Source: Planctomycetota bacterium (GTDB lineage: Bacteria; Planctomycetota; UBA1135; JAKEFM01). From it: a stretch of 64,000 nt of DNA. How positions within the stretch are numbered: the first letter of the stretch is position 1; every line of letters starts with the position of its first letter. The position numbers and the translations under genes were made by a program. The notes beneath the pieces were generated by a model, which was not told where the DNA came from, ran no database searches, and saw only the letters and a program-made list of their open reading frames with translations. Of the stretch, positions 10,067 through 18,926 are shown one piece after another. The stretch is from NCBI GenBank assembly GCA_022616055.1, contig JAKEFM010000315.1, positions 8,366-72,365 on the forward strand. The letters run 5' to 3'.

Positions 10067-13000
10067 CAGTTCTTCGTCACCGTCTCGTCGAGGTTGAGGA
10101 GGACGCTCGCGACCGACGTCCACGCCCGCAGGTCGTTCGAGGAGCCCGGCCTCTCCGCGCCGAGGAGCCGGCCGAGGCGGTCCAACTCTTCCGCGTCGGG
10201 CTCGCGCCCCGTGCAGAGCCGGAATCCGCGCGCGATCCGCCCCTCCGGCGCGGGCCCCGGCCCTTCCACCATCCGCCTCGCGAGGGCCTCCGCGCACTCG
10301 ACGAAGGCGGGGTCGTTGAGCAGGGCGAGCGCCTGGAGCGGCGTGTTCGATCGGGCGCGGCGCGTGCAGGTCACCTCCCGGCTCGGGGCGTCGAAGAGCG
10401 AGAAGGTCGCGTAGGGGGAGGTCCGGCGCCAAAACGTGTAGAGCCCGCGGCGGTGGCGATCCCCCCCCTCGGAGACCTTCCAGCGGTCGTCGCTCCGCGC
10501 CGCGGCCCAGATCCCCTCGGGCTGCGGCGGGAAGACGCTCGGGCCGCCGAGCCGGCGGTCGAGGAGGCCGCTCGCCGCCAGCGCGAGATCGCGGATCGCC
10601 TCGACGTCGAGGCGCACCCGCGGGCCGCGGGCGAGGAGGGAGTTCTCCGGGTCGCGCTCGAGGAGGGCCGGGCTCGCCCGGGAGGATTGCCGGTAGGTGG
10701 CGGAGAGGACGAGGCGCCGGAGCAGCGCCTTCACGTCCCATCCGCCCGCGACGAATTCGAGGGCGAGGTAGTCGAGCAGCTCGGGATGGCTCGGAGGATC
10801 CCCGCGCGTGCCGAAGTCCTCGGCCGTCGGGACGATCCCGTTGCCGAAGAGCTGCATCCAGAGGCGATTCGCCGTGACGCGCGCCGTGAGGGGGTTCTCG
10901 GGGGAGACGAGCCAGCGCGCGAGGCCGAGGCGGTCGCGCGGCGCCCCTTCCGGGAGATTCCCGAGCGCGGCGGGGACGCCCGGCTCGACCTCCTCCCCGG
11001 GCGAGAGGAAGCTCCCGCGGACGAAGAGATGGGTCGGGCGCTTCTCCCCGCGCTCCTCGAGGACGAGGGTCGTCGGAACCTGCTCGCGGAGATTCGATTC
11101 CTCGACCCGGGCGCTCGTCAACTCGCCCGCCAGGGCGCGGGCGGTATCCGAGAGATGGTTCCGGAAGTACTCGCGCAGCGCCGCGCGCCCGGAATCGTGC
11201 CTCTCCTCCTCGGGAAGGCGCAGGGCTTCGGCCACCGCCATCGGCATCCGATCGGCGGTGGCGCGGCTCGCGTCGAAGTAGAAGCCGAAGAGCCCGCCGC
11301 CGTTCACGACCTTGACGAGGAGGCGGTTCTCCCCCGCCTTCAGGTCGACGTCGACCTTCGCCTGGTCGGGGAGGAAGCCGGGCCACTCCTCGCTCCGGTG
11401 GACGAGCGCGCGGTTCAGCCAGACCCGCATCGCGTCGTCGCCCCCGAGGAACATCCGGAGGCGGACCGGGGACTCGCACCGGAGCGTCCGCTCGAAGTAG
11501 GCGACGCCGCGCTCGGATGGAAGCGAGATGGGGACCCCGTCGCGCCACTCGGCGTGCTCTTCCCATACGGGAGGCCAGGGGGGCGCCCCCTCCGTGATCC
11601 CCTTCTCGGGAGGAAAGGCCGCGGCCAGGCCTTCCGCCTGGGATGTGGTCGGGTAGGGTCCCGCGAGCCTCCAAGGGGAAGCCTCCGGCGGGGCGAGCGA
11701 GGCGGCGAACTCCGCGTCTGGGGTCGCCGAGATCCGGAAGCGGCCGATCGAGTGCCGCGCGTGCTCGCTCGCGTGGGCGAGGCGGAACCGGAGGCTTTCG
11801 CCGGCGGAGAGCGCGATCGGCTCCTCGGGGACGAAGATAGCGACGCGGCGCTCGCGCAGCCGCTTCCCCCCGACTCCCCACCCGGTCGCGTGGTCGCCGT
11901 CGATCGCGAGGCCGACCCGGAAGCGGCCGTCCTGCTGCTCGTGGTCGGCGTCGGCGGCGACGAGCCGGACCCGGATCGGGGAGTCCGCGTTCCCGGCAGG
12001 CAGGCGCTCGACCTCGAATCCGGTCAGGACGAAGTTCGAGTTCCCGGCGCGCCCCGCGCCGCGCTCCGGGAGGGAGGGATCCGGGAGCGCCTCGAGGCGG
12101 AGCGCCGCGATCCGGGCGGGTCCCGGTTCGAAGGTCGCCTCGTAGACCTCGCGGGGGGGATTCTCTCCGCCCGCCAGGACCGAGCCGTCCTCGAGGATCG
12201 AGAGGGTGGAGCCCTCCCGCGAACGGACGCTCCTCGGGAGGAGGACCCGCCACCCGGGGGGTGAGGGGAGGGCCGCCCGCGTCCGCTCCGCCCAGGCGCG
12301 CTCCTCGGCGAGGAGGGAAGGCTCGGCCCCGGCCAATCGCCTCTCGATCCGGGCGATCCGGTCCCGCGCCTGCGCGAGCGCCCTCTCCTGTTCGGGCGAA
12401 GGGACCTCGAGCCTCGGATCGGTCTTGCTCCCGCCGTCGGTCGCCTGGTTGAAGAAGGCGTAGAGCCGGTAGTAGTCGCGCTGCGGGAAGGGGTCGTACT
12501 TGTGGTCGTGGCACTGGGCGCAGGCGAGGGTCGTCCCGAGCCAGACCGCCGCGGTCGTGTTCACGCGGTCGATCACGGCGTCAACGCGGAACTCCTCGGG
12601 ATCGGCCCCTCCCTCCTCGTTCGTCATCGTGTTGCGGTGGAACCCGGTCGCGACGCGCTGCGCGCGGCTCGCGCCGGGGAGGAGGTCCCCGGCGATCTGC
12701 TCGATCGTGAACCGGTCGAACGGGAGGTCCTCGTTGAAGGCGGAGATCACCCAGTCGCGCCAGGGCCACATCGTGCGGCGCGCGTCCTTCTCGTAGCCGT
12801 TCGTGTCGGCGAAGCGCGCGAGGTCGAGCCAGAGGGCGGCCTGGCGCTCGCCGTAGTGAGGGGAGGCGAGGAGCCGGTCGACCTGTCGCTCGAAGGCGTC
12901 GCCGGTCGCGTCCGCGAGAAAGGCGTCGATCTCCTCGATCGAGGGAGGGAGGCCGAGGAGGTCGAGGCTCGCCCGGCGGAGCCAGGTCGCGCGGTCGGCC

Positions 13001-13539
13001 TCGGGGGAGGGCTCGAGCCCCTCCTTCTCGAGGCGGGCGAGGACGAAGCGGTCGATCCCGTCGCGCACCCACGCCTCGTTTCGCACGGAGGGAGGGACTT
13101 GCGCCAGCGGCCGGCGGTAGGCCCAGTGGTCCTTCCCTCGCTCCTCGCGGGCGACGACGACCTGAGGGGGCCAAGAGGCTCCCTCCTCGATCCACCTCCG
13201 GATCGTCTCGGTCGCCTCGGGGGGAAGCGGCGCCCTCCCCTGCGGCATCCGGGCCTCGTCGTCGTCCGACACCACTCGCCGGTAGAGCGGGCTTCCCTCG
13301 GCGTCGCCGGGGTAGAGGACCCGGAACCGGCCGTTCGAGGAGCCGGCGAAGGCGGCGGCGCGCCGATCGAGCCGCAGCCCCGCCTTCGGGTTCGCGCCCG
13401 AGTGGCACTCGACGCAGTGGGCGGCGAGGATCGGCCGGACGTCGCGCTCGAAGTCGACGGTCGGACCCTGCGAACGAGGGAGGAGGAGCCCGGCGACGGG
13501 GCTCGAGAACAGGTGGAGGAGGAGGGCCCGTCCGCCCAT
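10066..13539 (-). CDS. PSD1-type protein (Planctomycete cytochrome-C-like CxxCH module + DUF1549 + DUF1553)
   Basis: Full ORF of 1157 aa. The N-terminus has [26 protein letters not shown] (CxxCH). DUF1549-like ([29 protein letters not shown]) and DUF1553-like ([11 protein letters not shown]) motifs are present. Its stop overlaps the ATG of the DUF1501 gene by 1 nt. Confidence 0.9.
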   Translation of the reverse strand: MGGRALLLHLFSSPVAGLLLPRSQGPTVDFERDVRPILAAHCVECHSGANPKAGLRLDRRAAAFAGSSNGRFRVLYPGDAEGSPLYRRVVSDDDEARMPQGRAPLPPEATETIRRWIEEGASWPPQVVVAREERGKDHWAYRRPLAQVPPSVRNEAWVRDGIDRFVLARLEKEGLEPSPEADRATWLRRASLDLLGLPPSIEEIDAFLADATGDAFERQVDRLLASPHYGERQAALWLDLARFADTNGYEKDARRTMWPWRDWVISAFNEDLPFDRFTIEQIAGDLLPGASRAQRVATGFHRNTMTNEEGGADPEEFRVDAVIDRVNTTAAVWLGTTLACAQCHDHKYDPFPQRDYYRLYAFFNQATDGGSKTDPRLEVPSPEQERALAQARDRIARIERRLAGAEPSLLAEERAWAERTRAALPSPPGWRVLLPRSVRSREGSTLSILEDGSVLAGGENPPREVYEATFEPGPARIAALRLEALPDPSLPERGAGRAGNSNFVLTGFEVERLPAGNADSPIRVRLVAADADHEQQDGRFRVGLAIDGDHATGWGVGGKRLRERRVAIFVPEEPIALSAGESLRFRLAHASEHARHSIGRFRISATPDAEFAASLAPPEASPWRLAGPYPTTSQAEGLAAAFPPEKGITEGAPPWPPVWEEHAEWRDGVPISLPSERGVAYFERTLRCESPVRLRMFLGGDDAMRVWLNRALVHRSEEWPGFLPDQAKVDVDLKAGENRLLVKVVNGGGLFGFYFDASRATADRMPMAVAEALRLPEEERHDSGRAALREYFRNHLSDTARALAGELTSARVEESNLREQVPTTLVLEERGEKRPTHLFVRGSFLSPGEEVEPGVPAALGNLPEGAPRDRLGLARWLVSPENPLTARVTANRLWMQLFGNGIVPTAEDFGTRGDPPSHPELLDYLALEFVAGGWDVKALLRRLVLSATYRQSSRASPALLERDPENSLLARGPRVRLDVEAIRDLALAASGLLDRRLGGPSVFPPQPEGIWAAARSDDRWKVSEGGDRHRRGLYTFWRRTSPYATFSLFDAPSREVTCTRRARSNTPLQALALLNDPAFVECAEALARRMVEGPGPAPEGRIARGFRLCTGREPDAEELDRLGRLLGAERPGSSNDLRAWTSVASVLLNLDETVTKN

Positions 13540-13622
13540 GGGCGGGGGTCGCGAGCGGGCCCGCGATTCTAGCCTCGCCTCCGCGGTTAGGATCGCGCGG
13601 CCCCAGGGGAAACGAACCCTCC

Positions 13623-15467
13623 ATGCGCCTCCATCCCGCCCTCCTCCTCGCCGCGCTCCCCGCCCCTCTCCGCGCCCAGGGAGCCGAGTGGATCCGCGCG
13701 AACTACACGAAGCACGAGTTCGAGATCCCGATGCGCGACGGCGTGCGCCTCTTCACCGCGGTCTACGCGCCGAAGGACTCGGCGAAGACCTACCCGATCC
13801 TCCTGCGGCGGACCCCCTACTCCGTCTCCCCGTACGGCGTCGACAAGGTCCCGGCGAGCCTCGGCCCCTCGGAGGTCCTCGCGAAGGACGGGTTCATCTT
13901 CGCCTTCCAGGACGTCCGGGGCCGCTACGGCTCCGGGGGGACGTTCGTCCATGCGCGGCCTCACCGGCCGCAGAAGAAGGCGGGGGAGATCGACGAGTCG
14001 AGCGACACCCACGACACGATCGAGTGGCTCCTCCACAACGTCCCCGGGCACAACGGCCGGGTCGGGATGTGGGGGATCTCCTACCCCGGCTTCTACGCGG
14101 CGATGGGGATGATCGACGCCCATCCGGCGCTGAAGGCCGTCTCCCCCCAGGCGCCCGTCTGCGACTGGTTCGTCGGCGACGACTGGCGCCACAACGGCGC
14201 GCTCTTCCTCGCCCACACGTTCGGCTTCATGGCCTCCTTCGAGCGGTCGGGCGCGAGGCCGCCGCAGCAGGACCCTCCCTCGATCGACTTCCAGGCGAGC
14301 GACGGCTACCGGTTCTTCCTGCAGCTCGGGCCCCTCGGGAACGCGAAGGCGAGGTGGTTCGGCGAGTCGGCCCCCTACTGGGACGAACTCCTCGCCCACC
14401 CCGACTACGACGAGTTCTGGAAGGCGCGGGACACGCGGCCGCACCTGAAGGACATTCGTCCGGCCGTCCTGACGGTGGGGGGGTGGTTCGACGCGGAGGA
14501 CCTCTTCGGGACCCTCGCGACGTACCGGGCGGTCGAGGGGCAGAGCCCGGAGTGCGACAACCGGATCGTCATGGGACCCTGGCACCATGGCGGGTGGGCG
14601 CGGGCCGACGGGGACTCCCTCGGCGACGTGCGGTTCGGGGCGAAGACCGCCGTCGACTACCGCGAGAAGCTCGAGGCCCCCTTCTTCCTCCGCCACCTGA
14701 AGGAGAAGGACGACCCCGGCCTCGCGGAGGCGACGATGTTCGAGACGGGGACGAACCGGTGGCGGCGGTTCGACGCGTGGCCTCCGGAGGGCTCGAGGAT
14801 CGCGTTCCACCTGCGCGCCGGGGGCGCGCTCTCGGTCGATCCGCCGCGGGACGAGGGGTTCGACGAGTTCCCGAGCGATCCCGGAAGGCCCGTCCCCTAT
14901 CTCGGCCAGGTCGGCTTCGGCATGGCGCGGGACTACATGGTCGGGGACCAACGGTTCGCCGCGACGCGCCCCGACGTCCTCGTGTACGAGACCGAGCCCC
15001 TCGCGGAGGACCTCGCGGTCGCGGGTCCGGTCGAGGTGCGCCTCTTCGTCTCGACGACCGGGACCGACGCCGACTGGGTCGTGAAGCTGATCGGCGTGTA
15101 CCCCTGGGACTTCCCGAACCCCGACCCGAATCCGAAGGGGATCCAGATGGGGGGCTTCCAGCAGCTCGTCCGCGGCGAGCCCTTCCGCGGGCGCTACCGG
15201 AACGGCTTCGACCGGCCCGAGGCCTTCAAGCCGGGCGAGATCGACGAGATCGCGTTCACGATGCCCGACGTCTCCCACTCCTTCCGGCGCGGACACCGGG
15301 TCATGGTCCAGGTCCAGAGTTCCTGGTTCCCCCTCGTCGACCGCAACCCCCAGACCTTCGTCGACATCGCGAGGGCGAAGGAGTCGGACTTCGTGAGGGC
15401 GTCGCACCGGGTGTTCCGCGGGCCCGCCCGGCCCTCGTCCGTCTCGCTCGTCCGGGTCGGCGGTTGA
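13623..15467 (+). CDS. CocE/NonD family hydrolase (S15 Xaa-Pro dipeptidyl-peptidase-like), secreted
   Basis: Full ORF of 614 aa with a signal peptide. It contains the nucleophile-elbow context GMWGISYPG and a C-terminal beta-sandwich typical of the CocE/NonD family (HRVMVQVQSSWFPLVDRNPQTF). Confidence 0.9.
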   Translation: MRLHPALLLAALPAPLRAQGAEWIRANYTKHEFEIPMRDGVRLFTAVYAPKDSAKTYPILLRRTPYSVSPYGVDKVPASLGPSEVLAKDGFIFAFQDVRGRYGSGGTFVHARPHRPQKKAGEIDESSDTHDTIEWLLHNVPGHNGRVGMWGISYPGFYAAMGMIDAHPALKAVSPQAPVCDWFVGDDWRHNGALFLAHTFGFMASFERSGARPPQQDPPSIDFQASDGYRFFLQLGPLGNAKARWFGESAPYWDELLAHPDYDEFWKARDTRPHLKDIRPAVLTVGGWFDAEDLFGTLATYRAVEGQSPECDNRIVMGPWHHGGWARADGDSLGDVRFGAKTAVDYREKLEAPFFLRHLKEKDDPGLAEATMFETGTNRWRRFDAWPPEGSRIAFHLRAGGALSVDPPRDEGFDEFPSDPGRPVPYLGQVGFGMARDYMVGDQRFAATRPDVLVYETEPLAEDLAVAGPVEVRLFVSTTGTDADWVVKLIGVYPWDFPNPDPNPKGIQMGGFQQLVRGEPFRGRYRNGFDRPEAFKPGEIDEIAFTMPDVSHSFRRGHRVMVQVQSSWFPLVDRNPQTFVDIARAKESDFVRASHRVFRGPARPSSVSLVRVGG

Positions 15468-15549
15468 ACGGAACGGACGGTCCGCGTCCATCCCCGGGCG
15501 CGGCGCCTCCCTCGCGCCGCGGAGGCGATCGACGGGGGGGGGTGGGAAA

Positions 15550-15577
15550 CTGACTTCCTGGCGAACTTGGCTAACAT
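15550..15577 (+). promoter_or_regulatory. candidate sigma70-type promoter giving a leaderless antitoxin mRNA
   Basis: CTGACT (15550..15555), a 16-nt spacer, then TAACAT (15572..15577). The antitoxin ATG at 15584 lies only 6 nt after the -10 box, and no Shine-Dalgarno sequence fits in between. Confidence 0.3.
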
Positions 15578-15583
15578 GGCGGG

Positions 15584-15901
15584 ATGAAGCGCGCCAAGAT
15601 CTCGGAGCTCCGCGACGGATTGAGTCGGTACCTCGAGCACGTGAGGGCCGGGGGAACGGTGATCGTGCTCGACCGCGACACGCCGATCGCCGAGATCCGG
15701 CCGATCGCGTCCCGCGCGAGGGGCGGGTCGAAGGGAGACGAGGCGTGGCTCGACCGGCTCGAGCGCAAGGGGCTGATCCGTCGGGGCACGGGAGTCCTGC
15801 CGCCCGGATTCCTCGAGAAGCTCCGCCGCCGCGGGCCGATCGCGCCGGGCGCGCGGCTCGGCGAGGCGATCCTGGAGGAGAGGGGGGAGGACGCGCGATG
15901 A
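15584..15901 (+). CDS. type II antitoxin (Phd/YefM-like N-terminus) partnered with a PIN toxin
   Basis: 105-aa ORF. MKRAKISELRDGLSRYLEHVRAGGTVIVLDRDTPIAEIRP is a typical Phd/YefM-type antitoxin N-terminus. Its stop overlaps the PIN gene start (ATGA at 15898..15901). Confidence 0.75.
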   Translation: MKRAKISELRDGLSRYLEHVRAGGTVIVLDRDTPIAEIRPIASRARGGSKGDEAWLDRLERKGLIRRGTGVLPPGFLEKLRRRGPIAPGARLGEAILEERGEDAR

Positions 15902-16401
15902 GGTTCTGGGATTCCTCCGCCCTGCTCTCCGTCCTCGGCTACGAGGAAGGCGGACGGGGTCTTGCCGCGCTGCTCGACGAGGATCCCCGGGGGATCATCT
16001 GGCTCCTCACGCCGGTCGAGGTGCGGTCCGGGCTCGCGCGGAGGGCGAGGTCCGGCGCGATCGGAGGGGAGGAGCGGGACCTGCTCTGGGAGGACTTCGG
16101 ACGCATGCGGGAGTCCTTCGCCGAGGTGGACGCCGTCCTTCCCGTGAGGGACCGCGCGCAGCGCTTGCTCGACCTGCATTCCCTCCGCTCGGCGGACGCC
16201 TTGCAACTCGCCGCCGCGATTGTCGGGTCCGAAGGGAAGCCCGACGCCCTCCCCTTCGTCACGATCGATCGGCGACTCGCCGAGTCCGCCGCGAAGGAAG
16301 GGTTCTGCGTGCTCCCGCCGCCCACTGGCGAGGGGTTCGTTGCGGAGGTGGGGGTCCGGCCGGGTAGGGGGCGACGCACCCGGTCACCTGTGGGCCGGTG
16401 A
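15898..16401 (+). CDS. vapC: PIN-domain ribonuclease toxin (VapC-like)
   Basis: Last 167 aa of ORF 15745..16401(+). The N-terminus MRFWDSSALL carries the conserved D, followed by the later acidic residues (EVRSG.., SADALQLAAA, FVTIDRRLAESA) typical of PIN/VapC. Confidence 0.8.
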   Translation: MRFWDSSALLSVLGYEEGGRGLAALLDEDPRGIIWLLTPVEVRSGLARRARSGAIGGEERDLLWEDFGRMRESFAEVDAVLPVRDRAQRLLDLHSLRSADALQLAAAIVGSEGKPDALPFVTIDRRLAESAAKEGFCVLPPPTGEGFVAEVGVRPGRGRRTRSPVGR

Positions 16402-16435
16402 ACCCCTCCTCACGAGCGCTCGTGCAGGTCGGCGA

Positions 16436-17410
16436 TTGAGCGGGGAGGTTCGCTCTCCGCCGAGCCCGCCCGCGATCCTCCTCTTCACGGGCCTCCTCTG
16501 CCTCATCTGGGGGAGCACGTGGGTCGTGATCGAGCGGGGCCTCGACGACCTCCCGCCCCTCACCTCGGCGGCGGTCCGGTTCGTCGTCGCGGCGGCCGGG
16601 ATGGCGGTCCTCGCCGCGTGCCTCGCGCGGCGCGAGGGGGGGGAGAGCCCCCCGCTCCGGCTCTCCCTCGTCCTCGGGACGACCAACTTCGCTCTCTCCT
16701 ACGCGATCGTCTACTGGAGCGAGACGAGGCTCCCCTCGGGGCTCGTGAGCGTGCTGTGGGCCGTCTACCCGATGCTGCAGGCCCTCCTCGGACACCGGTA
16801 CCTTCCGGGGGAGAGGCTCGGCGGCGCCCAGTTCCTCGGCTTCGGGCTCGGCTTCCTCGGGGTCGCTCTCCTCTTCGTGACCGACCTCCGGTCGATCGGG
16901 CCCGGGGCGGCGCCGGCGGGAGGGGTGCTCCTCCTCTCCCCTCTCGTCGTGGCCCTCGGGACGACGTACGTGAAGAAGCACGGCGCGGCGGTGAGCTCGC
17001 TGCGACTCAACCGCGACGGGATGGCGCTCGGGGCCGCGATGCTCGGGATCGCGGCCCTCCTCGCCGAGCGCGGCGCCCCGGTCCGGTGGACGCGCGGCGC
17101 CGTTCTCTCGGTCCTCTACCTGGCGTTCGTCGGGACGGTGGTGGCCTTCGGCCTCTTCTTCTGGCTCCTGCGCCACGCCCCGGCGAACCGGCTCGGGGTC
17201 ATCGCCTACGTCACCCCGGCGATCGCGCTCAGCCTCGGGATCGGAGTCCGCGGGGAGCCGGTGACGGCGTTCACGGTCGGGGGGCTCGGGCTCATCCTGC
17301 TGGGGATCTTCCTCGTCCACCGGCGCGGGAAGCGGGCGGCCGCGGAAGGGCGCCTTGGGTACGATGCCGCGACCCCGGAGGGCGCGGGGCCCCCGGCCGA
17401 GGAGCGATGA
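16436..17410 (+). CDS. EamA/DMT-superfamily transporter
   Basis: C-terminal part of ORF 16220..17410(+). It has ten-TM-like hydrophobic periodicity and two EamA-like halves (WGSTWVVIERGL..., VIAYVTPAIALSLG). The start is uncertain: TTG 16436 is the first plausible start before TM1, and there is no in-frame ATG nearby. Confidence 0.7.
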   Translation: MSGEVRSPPSPPAILLFTGLLCLIWGSTWVVIERGLDDLPPLTSAAVRFVVAAAGMAVLAACLARREGGESPPLRLSLVLGTTNFALSYAIVYWSETRLPSGLVSVLWAVYPMLQALLGHRYLPGERLGGAQFLGFGLGFLGVALLFVTDLRSIGPGAAPAGGVLLLSPLVVALGTTYVKKHGAAVSSLRLNRDGMALGAAMLGIAALLAERGAPVRWTRGAVLSVLYLAFVGTVVAFGLFFWLLRHAPANRLGVIAYVTPAIALSLGIGVRGEPVTAFTVGGLGLILLGIFLVHRRGKRAAAEGRLGYDAATPEGAGPPAEER

Positions 17411-18141
17411 TCCGCGTCGAGCGCGTGACGAAGCGCTTCGGGAGCACCCTCGCCGTCGACGACGTCTCCTTCGTCGTGAATCCGGGCGAGGTCGTCGGGT
17501 TCCTCGGCCCCAACGGCGCCGGGAAGACGACCGTCCTCAAGATGATCTCGACCTGGCTCCCGCCCGACGCCGGGAAGATCGAGGTCGCCGGCTTCGACGT
17601 CGAGCGCTCCCCCCTCGCCGTGCGCAGGAACCTCGGCTACCTCCCCGAGCACAACGCCCTCTACGAGGGGATGCGGGTCGACCGCCTCCTCGCCTTCCTC
17701 GCGCGGGCCCGCGGACTGGAGGGAGCCCGGCTCCGGGACCGGCTCGCGTGGGCCGTCGAGCGCTGCGCCCTCGAGGCGGTCCTCGGGAAGCGCGTCCACC
17801 AGTGCTCGAAGGGCTACCGCCAGCGGATCGGGGTCGCCGCGTCGCTGGTCCACGACCCCCCCGTCCTCGTCCTCGACGAGCCGACGCACGGGCTGGACCC
17901 CGTCCAGGTCGTCGCCTTCCGCGACTTCCTGCGCGGGCTGCGGCCGGGCCGGGCGATCCTCTTCAGCAGCCACATCCTCTCCGAGGTCGCCGCGATCTCC
18001 GACCGGATCCTCGTCATCCACCTCGGCAGGCTCCTCGAGGACTCCCCGGTGGCGGCCCTCGAGGCGAAGGCGCGGGCGGCGGGGCGCGACCTCGAGGGGC
18101 ATGTCCTCGAGATCGTGAAGGCGAAGGGGGCGGCGGCGTGA
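17407..18141 (+). CDS. ABC transporter ATP-binding protein (GldA-like, ABC-2 type)
   Basis: Last 244 aa of ORF 16519..18141(+). It has Walker A (GPNGAGKTT), a signature-like SKGYRQR and Walker B (VLVLDEPTHGLD). ATGA overlap with the EamA stop. Confidence 0.9.
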   Translation: MIRVERVTKRFGSTLAVDDVSFVVNPGEVVGFLGPNGAGKTTVLKMISTWLPPDAGKIEVAGFDVERSPLAVRRNLGYLPEHNALYEGMRVDRLLAFLARARGLEGARLRDRLAWAVERCALEAVLGKRVHQCSKGYRQRIGVAASLVHDPPVLVLDEPTHGLDPVQVVAFRDFLRGLRPGRAILFSSHILSEVAAISDRILVIHLGRLLEDSPVAALEAKARAAGRDLEGHVLEIVKAKGAAA

Positions 18142-18926
18142 GCGGGGAGGCGTTTCCCCTCTCCCGTCCGGGCGGGCTCTCCCCCCGCGAGTGGATCGCG
18201 GGGGTCCGCCTCGTCTCCGGGCGGGAGCTCGCCGCCTACTTCGACTCGGCGATCGCCTACGTCTACACGATCGGGTTCGTGGTGCTCGCGAACGCGATCT
18301 TCATGAACGAGTTCTTCCTCACGGGGACGGTCGAGATGGCGGGGTTCTTCGACCGCCTCCCCCTCCTCCTGTCCGTCTTCGTTCCGGCGGTGACGATGCG
18401 CCTGTGGGCCGAGGAGAGGAGGCAGCGGACGATCGAGCTCCTCCTCACGCTCCCCTTGACGACCGCCCAGGCCGTGCTCGGGAAGTACCTGGCGGCGATG
18501 GCCCTCTACGGCGGCTTCCTCGCGGGCTCGCTCCCGATCGTCGGGATGCTCCTCGCCCTCGGCCACCCCGACCTCGGGCGGATCCTCGGGGGTTACCTCG
18601 GGGCCGTCTCCCTCGGCTCGCTCCTGATCGCGCTCGGGATGCTCCTCTCGGCCGTCTCGGGGGACCAGATCGTCGCCTTCGTCCTCGGGACGATCGCCTC
18701 CCTCGCCCTCGTCCTGACCGGGAACGACCGGGTCGTCGCCGTCCTCGACGGGCTCGCTCCCCGCCTCGGGGCCGGGACCTTCCTCTGCGAGTCGGTCTCG
18801 GTCGCGCCCCACTTCGACGCCTTCGTCCGGGGCGTCGTCGACCTCGGGGCGGTCGTCTACTTCGGCGGGGGAACCTCCCTCTTCCTCTGGCTCGGCGCGC
18901 GGCTCCTGCGCCGCAACCGGGCATGA
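18138..18926 (+). CDS. ABC-2 type transporter permease (GldF-like)
   Basis: Last 262 aa of ORF 17355..18926(+). GTG 18138 overlaps the ATPase stop (GTGA). It has six hydrophobic segments and the ERRQRTIELLLTLPL motif typical of ABC-2 permeases. Confidence 0.8.
   Translation: MSGEAFPLSRPGGLSPREWIAGVRLVSGRELAAYFDSAIAYVYTIGFVVLANAIFMNEFFLTGTVEMAGFFDRLPLLLSVFVPAVTMRLWAEERRQRTIELLLTLPLTTAQAVLGKYLAAMALYGGFLAGSLPIVGMLLALGHPDLGRILGGYLGAVSLGSLLIALGMLLSAVSGDQIVAFVLGTIASLALVLTGNDRVVAVLDGLAPRLGAGTFLCESVSVAPHFDAFVRGVVDLGAVVYFGGGTSLFLWLGARLLRRNRA

Noticed and set aside
16220-16435. ORF-track start at 16220 for the EamA transporter
   Set aside because: The first 72 codons overlap the PIN toxin gene and encode Ser/Pro/Arg-rich sequence before the first TM segment. 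A start near TTG 16436 is more plausible, though not proven.
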